A stretch of 52,540 nucleotides of DNA, from contig PXUB01000002.1 of assembly GCA_003009755.1 (NCBI GenBank), positions 10,943 through 63,482 on the forward strand. Reading direction: 5' to 3'. Of this stretch, positions 10,974 to 19,915 are shown piece after piece. The notes under the pieces are model-generated. The model was not told the origin of the DNA, did no database searches, and saw only the letters and a list, made by a program, of their open reading frames with translations. The DNA is from Thermoplasmatales archaeon SW_10_69_26 (GTDB lineage: Archaea > Thermoplasmatota > SW-10-69-26). Every line of letters starts with the position of its first letter. The stretch's first letter is position 1. Both the position numbers and the translations under genes were made by a program.

Positions 10974-11323
10974 ACTGCCGGACGGTATCTGCCTACCTCT
11001 CGCCGCCCTCAGCAGGTCGAAAGCTAGGAGCCAAGACGAAGGAAGGCCCGCAGGGCCTTTCGAGATCGACGGCGACAACGCTTGCGGCAGCGGCGACCGC
11101 GGTCCCGTCGGCGTCGGCCTGCTGAGGGCGGCCCCTCGGGCGGCGGCCTGAGCGGCCCATCTCATCGTCAGCCTGCATCGACAACCCGCAGGGGTTCCCT
11201 GCTTCGGCCTCCGTGACCTTGCCTCGCTCCCTCGCACGGGCTTGCGCCCGTACTCTCGGAAGACCGTGGCCGGTCTCCCGAGACCGCCGCGAGATGTTAC
11301 GCACATCGAGTCCGGCAGGCTAG
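10970..11323. mobile_element. MITE-like non-coding element with CTAG at both ends and imperfect terminal inverted repeats
   Basis: CTAG at 10970-10973 and 11320-11323; ends read CTAG-ACTGCCGGAC and (reverse complement) CTAG-CCTGCCGGAC, with similarity extending about 40 bp; internal 19-bp inverted repeat 11002-11020/11114-11132. Confidence 0.7.
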
Positions 11324-12222
11324 GGGGAGGTTGCGTCGATCCATTCGAGCATCGCTCGTCGGAACGGGCCAGGAGCGTCCTCCGGCCAGAAGTGGCCGGC
11401 CTCGTCGCTGACGTGGCGCACGTCGGCCTGCGGGAAGGCCCGGGCCCACTTGGCGGCGAGCTTGGCCGGCATCACAGGGTCGCGGTCGGCCCACAGGACG
11501 AGCATCGGGACGTCCTGCAGCTGGTGGTAGCCGTCCTCGATCGTGCGCAGCGTCTCGGCGCTGAGATGACCGGGGCCCTCGGGCACCATCTCCACGAGGC
11601 GGTGGGCCGCCACGCGGCCGCCGCGCTCGCTCAAGGGCCAACGGTAGGCGTCGAGCACCGCGTCGGGGAGCTCGTGCTCGACGCCGAAGCGGAAGGCGCT
11701 CTCGGCGACGAGGTTGGCGCGGGTACCCAGCACGCGGCCCAGCCGGTTGGACAACAGCTTGTGCCACAGCGACAGGCTGCGCTCGCTTTCCGGGGCGAAG
11801 GCCAGCGAGTTCGCGATCACGATGCGTTCGATCCGGTCGGGGAGGCGCGTGGCCAGGCCCATCCCGATCGGGCCGCCCCAGTCGTGGAGCATGAGCGTGA
11901 GATCGTCGAGGTCGAGCGTCTCCACCATGTCCTGGAGGTTGAGGACGTGGCGCTCGAGGGAGTGGTAGGCCGGCGAGAGCGGTTTCTCGCTCATGCCGAG
12001 CCCGATCATGTCGGGCGCGATCACGCGGTGGCCGCGGTCGAGCGTGGGTCCGATGAGCTTGCGCCAGAGGAACGACCAGGAGGGGTTGCCGTGGTGGAAC
12101 AAGACCGTCTCCTCGGCCTCGCGCGGGCCGTCGTCGATCACGCTCATCCGTTGCCCGTCGACGACGGGGACCTCGCGGCGGTCGAACCCGAGCTCGCGGT
12201 CCACGATCGGCGGACGCTTCAC
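11320..12222 (-). CDS. Alpha/beta hydrolase, haloalkane dehalogenase/OleB-like
   Basis: HGNPSW, GLGMSEKP, nucleophile LHDWGG, AGHFWPED. Confidence 0.88.
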   Translation of the reverse strand: MKRPPIVDRELGFDRREVPVVDGQRMSVIDDGPREAEETVLFHHGNPSWSFLWRKLIGPTLDRGHRVIAPDMIGLGMSEKPLSPAYHSLERHVLNLQDMVETLDLDDLTLMLHDWGGPIGMGLATRLPDRIERIVIANSLAFAPESERSLSLWHKLLSNRLGRVLGTRANLVAESAFRFGVEHELPDAVLDAYRWPLSERGGRVAAHRLVEMVPEGPGHLSAETLRTIEDGYHQLQDVPMLVLWADRDPVMPAKLAAKWARAFPQADVRHVSDEAGHFWPEDAPGPFRRAMLEWIDATSP

Positions 12223-12361
12223 GGGGGGGCAACGCGGCTCGGGGTTTTGGGTCTAACCGTCGCCCGCGGTCGACGGTGGCGGCCGGGGGCACACTGTTCG
12301 GGGGCGTGACTCCGTTAGCCTTTTCACCGTCAACGAGAACTCTAGGAGGAGTTCCAACCTC

Positions 12362-13222
12362 ATGTGCAGGTTCGCCGCCTACCTTGGACACCCTATCTCT
12401 CTGGATGAGCTGCTGTACAAGCCGGATCACTCGATCATCGTCCAGAGCGCGAAGGCCAAGGGCGGCGAGGAGCCGTTGAACGGGGACGGGTTCGGCGTCG
12501 GCTGGTACGTGCCGGAGATGGACGACGAACCGGCGCTGTACCGCAACGCCACGCCCGCCTGGGCCGACCGCAACATGCGCAACATCGCGCCGCGCGTGAA
12601 CACGCCGCTGTTCTTCGCCCACGTGCGGGACGCCAGCGAGGGCATGAAGATCCAGCAGACGAACTGCCACCCCTTCTCCAAGGACCGGTTGATGTTCATG
12701 CACAACGGTGTCGTTGGCAGCTTCGACGAGGTGCTGCGCCCGCTGCGCAACCAGCTGTCCGACGAGGTGTACTTCACGATCGACGGGACCACGGACAGCG
12801 AGCATCTGTTCGCCTTGGCTCAGGACGAGCTGGGCCCGAAGGCCGCCAACCCCGACGCCGACGACCTCGCGCGCGCGGTGCGACGGTCGATCGAGCGCGT
12901 CGAGGCGCTCAAACACAAGAAGGGCATCGAGACGAAGACGACGGCCAACCTCGCCCTGACCGACGGCTGCTCCTTCGTCGCGAGCCGCTACGCCAACGAG
13001 CACGCCGACGAGGCCGCCAGCCTGTACGTCTCCCGCGCCGGCGGGTTCACGACCGGCGAGGACGGGACGACGCGCGCCGTGGATCCGGCCGAGCGCGGCG
13101 CCGTGCTGGTCTCCAGCGAACCGATGATGGAGCAGGCGGTCGGGCTCGATCCGGTGCCGCCGAACCACATGGTGATCGTGGAGCCGGACTGCTCGTACCG
13201 GATCGAGCCGATCGTCCAGTAG
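12362..13222 (+). CDS. Class II glutamine amidotransferase (EgtC/YafJ-like)
   Basis: N-terminal MCRF, NGDGFGVGWY, AHVR, NCHPF, MHNG, GTTDSE; SD AGGAGG at 12344. Confidence 0.93.
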   Translation: MCRFAAYLGHPISLDELLYKPDHSIIVQSAKAKGGEEPLNGDGFGVGWYVPEMDDEPALYRNATPAWADRNMRNIAPRVNTPLFFAHVRDASEGMKIQQTNCHPFSKDRLMFMHNGVVGSFDEVLRPLRNQLSDEVYFTIDGTTDSEHLFALAQDELGPKAANPDADDLARAVRRSIERVEALKHKKGIETKTTANLALTDGCSFVASRYANEHADEAASLYVSRAGGFTTGEDGTTRAVDPAERGAVLVSSEPMMEQAVGLDPVPPNHMVIVEPDCSYRIEPIVQ

Positions 13223-13246
13223 GGCCAAGACGTCCCCGCCGGCAGA

Positions 13247-14755
13247 CTATGTGTCCCACAGTCGCCCGAAGCGATCGCGGGCGTGGGCGAGGAACGGCTC
13301 GGCGCTGAGCGGGCGGCCGGTCGCCTGCTCGATCAGGTCGCCGGTCTCGTAGCGGGCACCGTGGCGGTGCACGTGCTCGTGCAGCCAGTCGCCGATCGCC
13401 TCGTAGCGGCCCTCGGCGACGAGCTCGTCGACCGGGGCCACCTCGTCGGCGATGGCGGCCGAGATCTGGGCGGCCAAGGCCGAGCCGAGCGTGTAGGTGG
13501 GGAAGTACCCGATCGAGCCGTGGCTCCAGTGCACGTCCTGCAGGACGCCGTTGGCATCGTCCGTCGGGCGGATGCCGAGCAGCTCGTCCATGCCGTCGTT
13601 CCACCGCTGGGGCAGCTCGTCCACGCCGATGTCGCCGGCGACGAGCGCGCGTTCGAGGCGGACGCGCAGCTTGATGTGCAGGTGGTAGGAGACCTCGTCG
13701 GCGTCGACGCGGATCGGGGACGGCTGCACGACGTTGGCGGCCCGCCAGCCCGTGTCGGGGTCGAGGTCGGTCTCGAACCTCGCGGACAGGCGCTTGGCGA
13801 ACTCGTCCCAGAAGGGACGCGATCGAGCGACGTGGTTCTCCCACAGCCGGGACTGGGACTCGTGCACGACCAGGTCCCGGGAGGCGCCCAGCGGCGTGCC
13901 GAAGGCGTCCTCGGGCAGGCCCTGCGTGTACTGGGTGTGGCCGAACTCGTGCACGGTGCTCGTGAGGCCGCTGAGCAGGTCGTCCTCGGGGAGGTTCGTG
14001 GCGATGCGGGCATCGTGGACGTTGCCGGTCGAGAACGGGTGCTCGGCCTCGCCGATCACGCCGCGCTCGTAGTCGTAGCCCAGCTCGTCCAACAGCTCCT
14101 CCAGCAGCGCGCGCTGCTCGTGCTCGGGCCAGGGACCCGCGAGCGCGTCGGTGGGCGCCTGCTCGGCCGGGTCGGGCGCCTCGTCGAGGATCTCGCGGGC
14201 GCCCTCGGCCATCTCGTCGACGACGGTGAGCGCCCGATCGAGGTCGAGGTAGGGTTCGAAGTCCTCGAGGAGAACCTCGTAGGGGTCGCGGTCGGGATCG
14301 ATCGCGTCGGCGTACTCTCGTTTGAGGTCGACGATCCGTTCCAGGTGGTCGGCGAAGGCGTCGAAGTCGTCGTCCCGTTTCGCCTGCTCCCAGGCTTTCT
14401 GGCCGCGAGCGGTGGTCTCGGAGATCTCGGTCACGAGCTGGTCGGGCACGCGCACCCGTCGGCGCCGACGCCGGTCGGCCTCGCGCACCAGCGCTCGATC
14501 GCGATCGTCCTTGGCGGCGCTGCGCGCTTGCTCGATCAGCTCGCCGGTTTCGTCGCTGGTCCATCGCTCGTGGACGGTGGAGGCCAGTTGCGAGAGCTCG
14601 CCGGCCCGGGCCTCGATCCCGGCGGGTGGCATCGTGGTCTCTTGGTCCCAGCGGAGCACGTCGCCGGCGCGCTCGAGCGCGTCGATCGATCGCAGGTGGG
14701 CGGCCAGGTCCTCGACTGCCTCGGGCACAGACCCCCCCAGCGAGGGGGTCGGCAT
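13247..14755 (-). CDS. Carboxypeptidase M32 (Taq-like)
   Basis: HPF, HEFGH, HESQS.LWEN, IRVDADE, GYFPTY; start at ATG 14755 or GTG 14728. Confidence 0.95.
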   Translation of the reverse strand: MPTPSLGGSVPEAVEDLAAHLRSIDALERAGDVLRWDQETTMPPAGIEARAGELSQLASTVHERWTSDETGELIEQARSAAKDDRDRALVREADRRRRRRVRVPDQLVTEISETTARGQKAWEQAKRDDDFDAFADHLERIVDLKREYADAIDPDRDPYEVLLEDFEPYLDLDRALTVVDEMAEGAREILDEAPDPAEQAPTDALAGPWPEHEQRALLEELLDELGYDYERGVIGEAEHPFSTGNVHDARIATNLPEDDLLSGLTSTVHEFGHTQYTQGLPEDAFGTPLGASRDLVVHESQSRLWENHVARSRPFWDEFAKRLSARFETDLDPDTGWRAANVVQPSPIRVDADEVSYHLHIKLRVRLERALVAGDIGVDELPQRWNDGMDELLGIRPTDDANGVLQDVHWSHGSIGYFPTYTLGSALAAQISAAIADEVAPVDELVAEGRYEAIGDWLHEHVHRHGARYETGDLIEQATGRPLSAEPFLAHARDRFGRLWDT

Positions 14756-14812
14756 CAATCCGTCGGGTCCTCCCGGGGTCACGTTCTTCACGGGGGCTTG
14801 GGTTGGGCAGGC

Positions 14813-15772
14813 GTGCTCGACCGCAAGGCCCTGGTCGGCTACCTGTTGCTCGTTGTGACCGCCATCGGGTGGAGCGGCGCCTGGATCACGGCCCGGTTGG
14901 CCGCGCACGAGGCGCCCGAGCTCACCGTCACGGTGGGCCGGTTCGCGCTGGCCGGACTCGCCCTGCTGCCAGTTTGGTGGGCCACCGACCGCGGCCGAGA
15001 CGGGGAGATGTCCCGCGAGGACTGGGGCTTGGTCGCCGGGATGAGCCTGACCGGGATCACGACCTACACCGTGCTGTTCCTGACGGGCGTGGGTCTGGCC
15101 CCGGCGACGGACGGCGCCGTCATCACGCCCGGCTTCGTCGGCTTGTCCTCGGTCCTCGTCGCCTGGGTGTTCTTCCGCGAGGCGCCGACCCGACCCGGCC
15201 TCGCGGGTGCGGTGATCGCCTTGCTGGGCGCGCTCGCCGTCGGCTGGACCGGGATGCGCGGGGCCGGGTTCGGCAGCGCGCGCGCCACCGGGGACCTCGT
15301 GTTCGTCGCTGCCGGCGCCGCCTACGGCACCTACACCGTGCTCGGCGAGCGGTTGTCGGACTCGGTGCCGCCGGTGACGGCGATCCTTCTGGCCTCCACG
15401 TTGGGCGCCCTCGGCCTGGCGCCGATCGTGTTGATCGTCGACGGCGTGCCCCAGGTGGCCGCGTGGAGCTGGAAAGCCTGGCTGAACGTGCTGTACCTAG
15501 GCCTGGTCGCCACCGCGCTGTCCTTCGTCACCTACTATGCAGCCGTGCAACGCATCGGGGTCGAGCGCACGGCGCCCGCGTTGGGCCTGGTGCCGGTGTT
15601 CACGGTCGTCGGCGCCAGCGTCCTGCTGGACGACCCGCTCACCTGGCTGCACGCGCTCGGCGGCTTGCTCGTCCTGGCCGGGATCGTTTTGCCCGCATGG
15701 GCCCGCACCGCGGGATCGAGCGAGCCCGGCGGGGACGAGATCGCCGCCTCGGGTGAGGCCGCGGAGACGTGA
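14813..15772 (+). CDS. DMT/EamA family transporter
   Basis: About 10 TM helices in two EamA-like repeats; GTG start. Confidence 0.88.
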   Translation: MLDRKALVGYLLLVVTAIGWSGAWITARLAAHEAPELTVTVGRFALAGLALLPVWWATDRGRDGEMSREDWGLVAGMSLTGITTYTVLFLTGVGLAPATDGAVITPGFVGLSSVLVAWVFFREAPTRPGLAGAVIALLGALAVGWTGMRGAGFGSARATGDLVFVAAGAAYGTYTVLGERLSDSVPPVTAILLASTLGALGLAPIVLIVDGVPQVAAWSWKAWLNVLYLGLVATALSFVTYYAAVQRIGVERTAPALGLVPVFTVVGASVLLDDPLTWLHALGGLLVLAGIVLPAWARTAGSSEPGGDEIAASGEAAET

Positions 15773-15812
15773 GGCCGCGGGCGAAACCCACAAACCGGGC
15801 CAGCGTCTGCCG

Positions 15813-16505
15813 ATGCCGATGACCGAGGCGCCCGTGGACGAGGTGTTCGCCGCCCTCGAAGACCGCTACGGCGAGCCGCGCACCGGCAGCGAGGACCCGT
15901 TCCGCGTCCTGGTCGCGACCGTCCTGTCCCATCGCACCGACGACGACGTGACCTTCCCGGCCGCCGACCGCTTGTTCGACGCCTACGGGGACGTGCAAGC
16001 CCTCGCCGAGGCCGACCCGGAGGACGTGGCCGAGCTGATCGAGCCGGTCGGGTTCTACAACCGCAAGGGCGAGGCCGTCGTGCGCGTCGCCAATCGCCTC
16101 ATCGAGGAACACGATGGCGAGGTGCCCGCCGAGCGCGAGGCGTTGCTCGAGCTTCCCTGGGTCGGGCCCAAGACCGCCAACTGCGTGCTCGTGTACGCCT
16201 TCGGCGAGCCGATGGTGGCCGTCGACACGCACGTCCACCGCATCGCCAACCTGCTGGGCTGGGTCGACACCGACGAGCCCGAGGCGACCGAGCCCGCGCT
16301 GGAGGCGTTGCTCGACGAGGCCCAGCGGTTGGCGGTCAACGAGTACCTCGTCCGGTTCGGGCGCGAGATCTGCCGACCGCGGGGCCCGCTGTGCGGCGAC
16401 TGCCCGATCGAGGCGATGTGCCCGGCCAGCGAGGACAAGGAGCCCGAGGGCGTCGGCGAGGTCGAGGGGCGCACGATGCTGGGCCGGATCGCGGACGGTC
16501 GCTGA
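15813..16505 (+). CDS. nth: Endonuclease III (HhH-GPD, 4Fe-4S)
   Basis: LPWVGPKTA, VDTHVHR, C-x6-C-x2-C-x5-C. Confidence 0.94.
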   Translation: MPMTEAPVDEVFAALEDRYGEPRTGSEDPFRVLVATVLSHRTDDDVTFPAADRLFDAYGDVQALAEADPEDVAELIEPVGFYNRKGEAVVRVANRLIEEHDGEVPAEREALLELPWVGPKTANCVLVYAFGEPMVAVDTHVHRIANLLGWVDTDEPEATEPALEALLDEAQRLAVNEYLVRFGREICRPRGPLCGDCPIEAMCPASEDKEPEGVGEVEGRTMLGRIADGR

Positions 16506-16580
16506 GCGTAGTCCTGCCGCGGCCAGAATCCGTGGGCTTAACCCTTTCGAGCGGGCTGGCCCGGGCGAGGCGTCTCCTCG

Positions 16581-17780
16581 ATGCGGAGCGAGTCGGCTGC
16601 TCCCCGTGCCGCGATCGTCCTCGCCGCCGGCCTGGTGGTGACCCTGGTGGCCCTCGCCGGTTGCCTCGACGACGAGGCGCCCGCCGAGCCCGACCCGGGA
16701 TCGATCCCGATCTCCTCGAAGGTGATGGACACCGACGGGAACGGCCGGGACGAGTGGGTGAACCTGACGCTCAACCGGACCCACGAGTCCTCCTACTCGC
16801 GCTCGGCGATCGAGATCCACATCGAAGCGCCCGGCAAGGCCGACGCCAGCGAGCTCGTCTGCGGCTCTCCCACCCTCGAGGAGGGCGCCTGCAGTGACCG
16901 CTTCGAGAAGCCAGCTGCCTGGGAGCCCGGAGCCGCGAAGTGGACGCCCTGCGCCAAGCCCGGCCCCCATCGCATCCAGATCCTCGTCCACAACACCTCG
17001 GTCCTCGACCGGCTCGTCGAGTGCGAGGAGGCCCCCGATCCCCGAACGGCGGGCACCCAGGTCTCCGCCGAGACCGTGGACACTGACCAGGATGGACGGG
17101 ACGATTGGCTGAACCTGACCCTCACCGAGGCCCGAGGCGCCCTGTACCCCCACGAGATGACCCAGATCGACGTCTCCGCACCCAACGGCACGCCCTCGCC
17201 GATCTGCGATTCCGCTTGGTTGGCCGAGGGAGCCTGTCGGGGCCCGTTCGGGGACAACGAGGATTGGCGGGTGGGGGCGAGGAAGTGGGCGCCCTGCACG
17301 GCCAACGGCACCCATCGCGTCCGGGTGATGCTCCAGAACGACACGGTCCTCGACCGGGAGCTGGACTGCGGCGAGCCCGCCGAGGAGGGCCGGACCTCCG
17401 AGACGGCCTCGTTGGCCGCCAAGCTCGTGAGCGAGGGACCCGAGGCGGGGAGCTGGATCCGCGTCACCCTGGTCGAGGCGGCCAACGCTCCCTACGAGGA
17501 GGATCAGGTCGCCTACAACATCTCGGACCCGTCGGGCGCCACCTACGAGGACCAGGGTCCCGACAGCGGGGACAGCGACGACATCCTGTGCACCTTGGCA
17601 GAGGCGGTCGACGGGACGTGCGACGGGAGCGACTTCCACCAGGGCCCCCACCGGAACCGGTGGTCGGTCGACACCGACCTGTCCATCCCCTGCCAGGCGG
17701 CCGGCGAGCACGAACTCGAGATCCGACTCATCGGGACCACCATCCTGAACGCGACGATCGACTGCGAGTCGGCAGCCTGA
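16581..17780 (+). CDS. Lipoprotein with three tandem 4-Cys domains
   Basis: Lipobox LAGC; three domains of about 105-120 aa ending W..G...PC...G.H.I...T.LD...C. Confidence 0.8.
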   Translation: MRSESAAPRAAIVLAAGLVVTLVALAGCLDDEAPAEPDPGSIPISSKVMDTDGNGRDEWVNLTLNRTHESSYSRSAIEIHIEAPGKADASELVCGSPTLEEGACSDRFEKPAAWEPGAAKWTPCAKPGPHRIQILVHNTSVLDRLVECEEAPDPRTAGTQVSAETVDTDQDGRDDWLNLTLTEARGALYPHEMTQIDVSAPNGTPSPICDSAWLAEGACRGPFGDNEDWRVGARKWAPCTANGTHRVRVMLQNDTVLDRELDCGEPAEEGRTSETASLAAKLVSEGPEAGSWIRVTLVEAANAPYEEDQVAYNISDPSGATYEDQGPDSGDSDDILCTLAEAVDGTCDGSDFHQGPHRNRWSVDTDLSIPCQAAGEHELEIRLIGTTILNATIDCESAA

Positions 17781-17808
17781 GGCAGTGGGGAACCGCGCCG
17801 CCGGCCGG

Positions 17809-18992
17809 TCACCGATCGAACGTCACGGTGTAGTGGCCGACCCGGACGTCGGTGTTGACCTGTTGCTCGTAGCTGGCGGTGTAGGTCCCGTCAGCCAGGT
17901 TGGGGTCGGCGGCTTGCGAGGCGTAGTAGCTCGTGAAGCTGCCGCCGCTGAAGCAGACGAACGGGCTGCAGCTCTGCTGGACGTCGACGACGGTCCCGTT
18001 GGGGGCGTCGATGCGGGCGGAGGTCTCGCCGGCCTCCCACGACGTGGGCGCTTCGCGTTCGACGTAGAGGCCAACGGCCATCGGGGTGCGATCGAACTCG
18101 AACTGCCACTCGACGGGTTCCCCCGTCGGGACCTCGCGGGTCTCGCCCATCTCGCGAGCGTAGGTGACCGGCTCCATCTCGGCGCTGGTCCCGTTCGTGC
18201 GGATCGTCACGTCGGGCTGGCCAGGCGGGATCAACAGGACGTGGTCGCCGGCCTCGGCGTCCTCGGGCATGGTCGTCCGTGATCGCGCCTGGGTCGTGGC
18301 GGGCCGCCTCGCGGTTCTGCGGGTCGTAGCGGACGAGCTGGATCGGGTCCTCGTTGCGGGCGTTGTCGACCTGGATCCGTTGGCCCGGATCGAGGGGGAC
18401 CTCGACCGCCACGCCCGAGAAGGCGATGTCGTGGTGATCCATCAGGCGAGCCTCGAGCGTGTAGTCGACCTCGGTCGCCGGCGGGAAGCCGAACCACTGC
18501 ATCATGGCTTGCATCGTCTCGGAGCCGGGAAGGACGACGGCCTCGATGCGTTGCTCGGAGCCGTCGTCGGATCGCTCCCAGTCCATCGAGTAGACGGTGC
18601 CATCGCCCGCGTCGAGCCACATGTAGGGCGTGCCGCCCTCGGCGGTCATCTCGACGACGACGTGGATGGGCAGCTCGCCGGGCCCCGGGGCGGGCAGGTC
18701 GACCGAACGCGTCGAGTCGCCCGTGACGCAGCCGCCCAGCATGCAAGCCTCCTGGGCCTGGTAGGTCCCGTTCTCGCGGACGTGGTCGACGACGGTCTCC
18801 TCGAGCCCGGGGTAGGTCACGACGTCGAGGGCCTCGCTCTGGTCGGTGGTCCCGCCAGAGGCCTCGCTCGCGGTCGCGGCCGATCGCTCGGACGCGGGGT
18901 CGTCGGCGCTAGCGGTCTCGGCCTCGTCGCTGGGCGTCGGCGAGGTGCGAGGTGGAATTGTCGGCGCCGAGGCAGCCGGTGAGACTGCTCAT
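17809..18992 (-). pseudogene. Degenerate lipoprotein (two frameshifts, truncated signal peptide)
   Basis: MSSLTGCLG lipobox lacking an h-region; 7-bp tandem duplication CACCTCG near 18945; second frameshift near 18275 joining ORFs 17891-18820 and 17809-18270. Confidence 0.65.
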
Positions 18993-19912
18993 CGTCCGCC
19001 GAGGGCCTCGTCGAGCTGGTCCTTGTCGAACAGGCGCAGGCCCTGCTCGTCGAGGGGGATCACGCTCGGGTTGCCGTGGGCGGAGAGCACGTCGACGAGC
19101 GTCTCGGTGTCGCCGTAGGCGATCACGGTGTTGCCGAGCATGGCGGCCATGGCTTGGCCGCCTTCGCGGGCGACGTCGATCGCGGTGAGCACGTCGTCGT
19201 CGACGAGCCCGGTCTCGCGCGTGAAGTGGGCGCCGGCCTGGAAGATCGATTCCAAGGAGGGGTTCTCGGCGACGCTCTCGGTGCAATCGCTGCCGACCTC
19301 GGTGACGCGCTCCATGACGGCCTCGTCGCGCAGCAGGGCGTCGGTGTCGAGGTCCTCGCCGATGGTGACGGCCACGACGTCGCCCTTGGCGGGCAGGCGC
19401 TTTTGGGAGCCATAGGGAGCGATGCCGGGCGAGGTGCGGAGCACGGCGCCGCCGAGGAAGGAGGAGACGACGTCGCCGAGCCCGGTGCGGTGGCGGACCT
19501 CGGCCAGGTGGGCGGCCTTCATCGCCTTCGAGCGGCCCTTGCCCAGGCAGCGGGCGAGCGCGAACGCGGCCGACAGGGCGCTGGCGCCGCTGACGCCGAA
19601 GCCCTGTCCTTCGGGAGCGCCCTCGGTCACGGTGCAGGAGACTTCGATCGGGCGGTCGCCGAGGAGCTGGCGCAGGGCCTCGCGGGTGACCTTGGCGTCG
19701 CCGTCGCCGTGGCGGCGGGTGACTCCGATCGCTGCCTGGTCGGCCTCCTCGGCTTCGACGGTGGCGACGACGCCGGTGCCCAGGCACATGCCGGCGCCCC
19801 AGGAGCCGGTGCGTTGGGGCTCCTTGGGTTGGATGTTGGGCACGAAGAACGCGGTCACGTGGCAGGGCGCGAACGTCGTGGCTTCGGATCGGCGCAGCAG
19901 GTTGGCGTTCAC
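18989..19912 (-). CDS. pok: Pantoate kinase (GHMP family, archaeal CoA pathway)
   Basis: FAPCHVTAFF, GSWGAG, GFGVSGA, AHLAEV..TGLGDV, AMLGNT; follows coaBC. Confidence 0.9.
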   Translation of the reverse strand: MNANLLRRSEATTFAPCHVTAFFVPNIQPKEPQRTGSWGAGMCLGTGVVATVEAEEADQAAIGVTRRHGDGDAKVTREALRQLLGDRPIEVSCTVTEGAPEGQGFGVSGASALSAAFALARCLGKGRSKAMKAAHLAEVRHRTGLGDVVSSFLGGAVLRTSPGIAPYGSQKRLPAKGDVVAVTIGEDLDTDALLRDEAVMERVTEVGSDCTESVAENPSLESIFQAGAHFTRETGLVDDDVLTAIDVAREGGQAMAAMLGNTVIAYGDTETLVDVLSAHGNPSVIPLDEQGLRLFDKDQLDEALGGR

Positions 19913-19915
19913 GGT

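Noticed and set aside
7785-11306. 1173-aa minus-strand ORF and similar long ORFs (18909-22154, 15639-17711, 34837-36963, 11297-13228)
   Set aside because: Antisense or off-frame shadows of real genes in high-GC DNA; no recognisable motifs, and several are Arg/Gly/Pro-rich.
12362-13222. Ergothioneine pathway (egtC)
   Set aside because: No egtA, egtB or egtD nearby; only the family-level call is supported.
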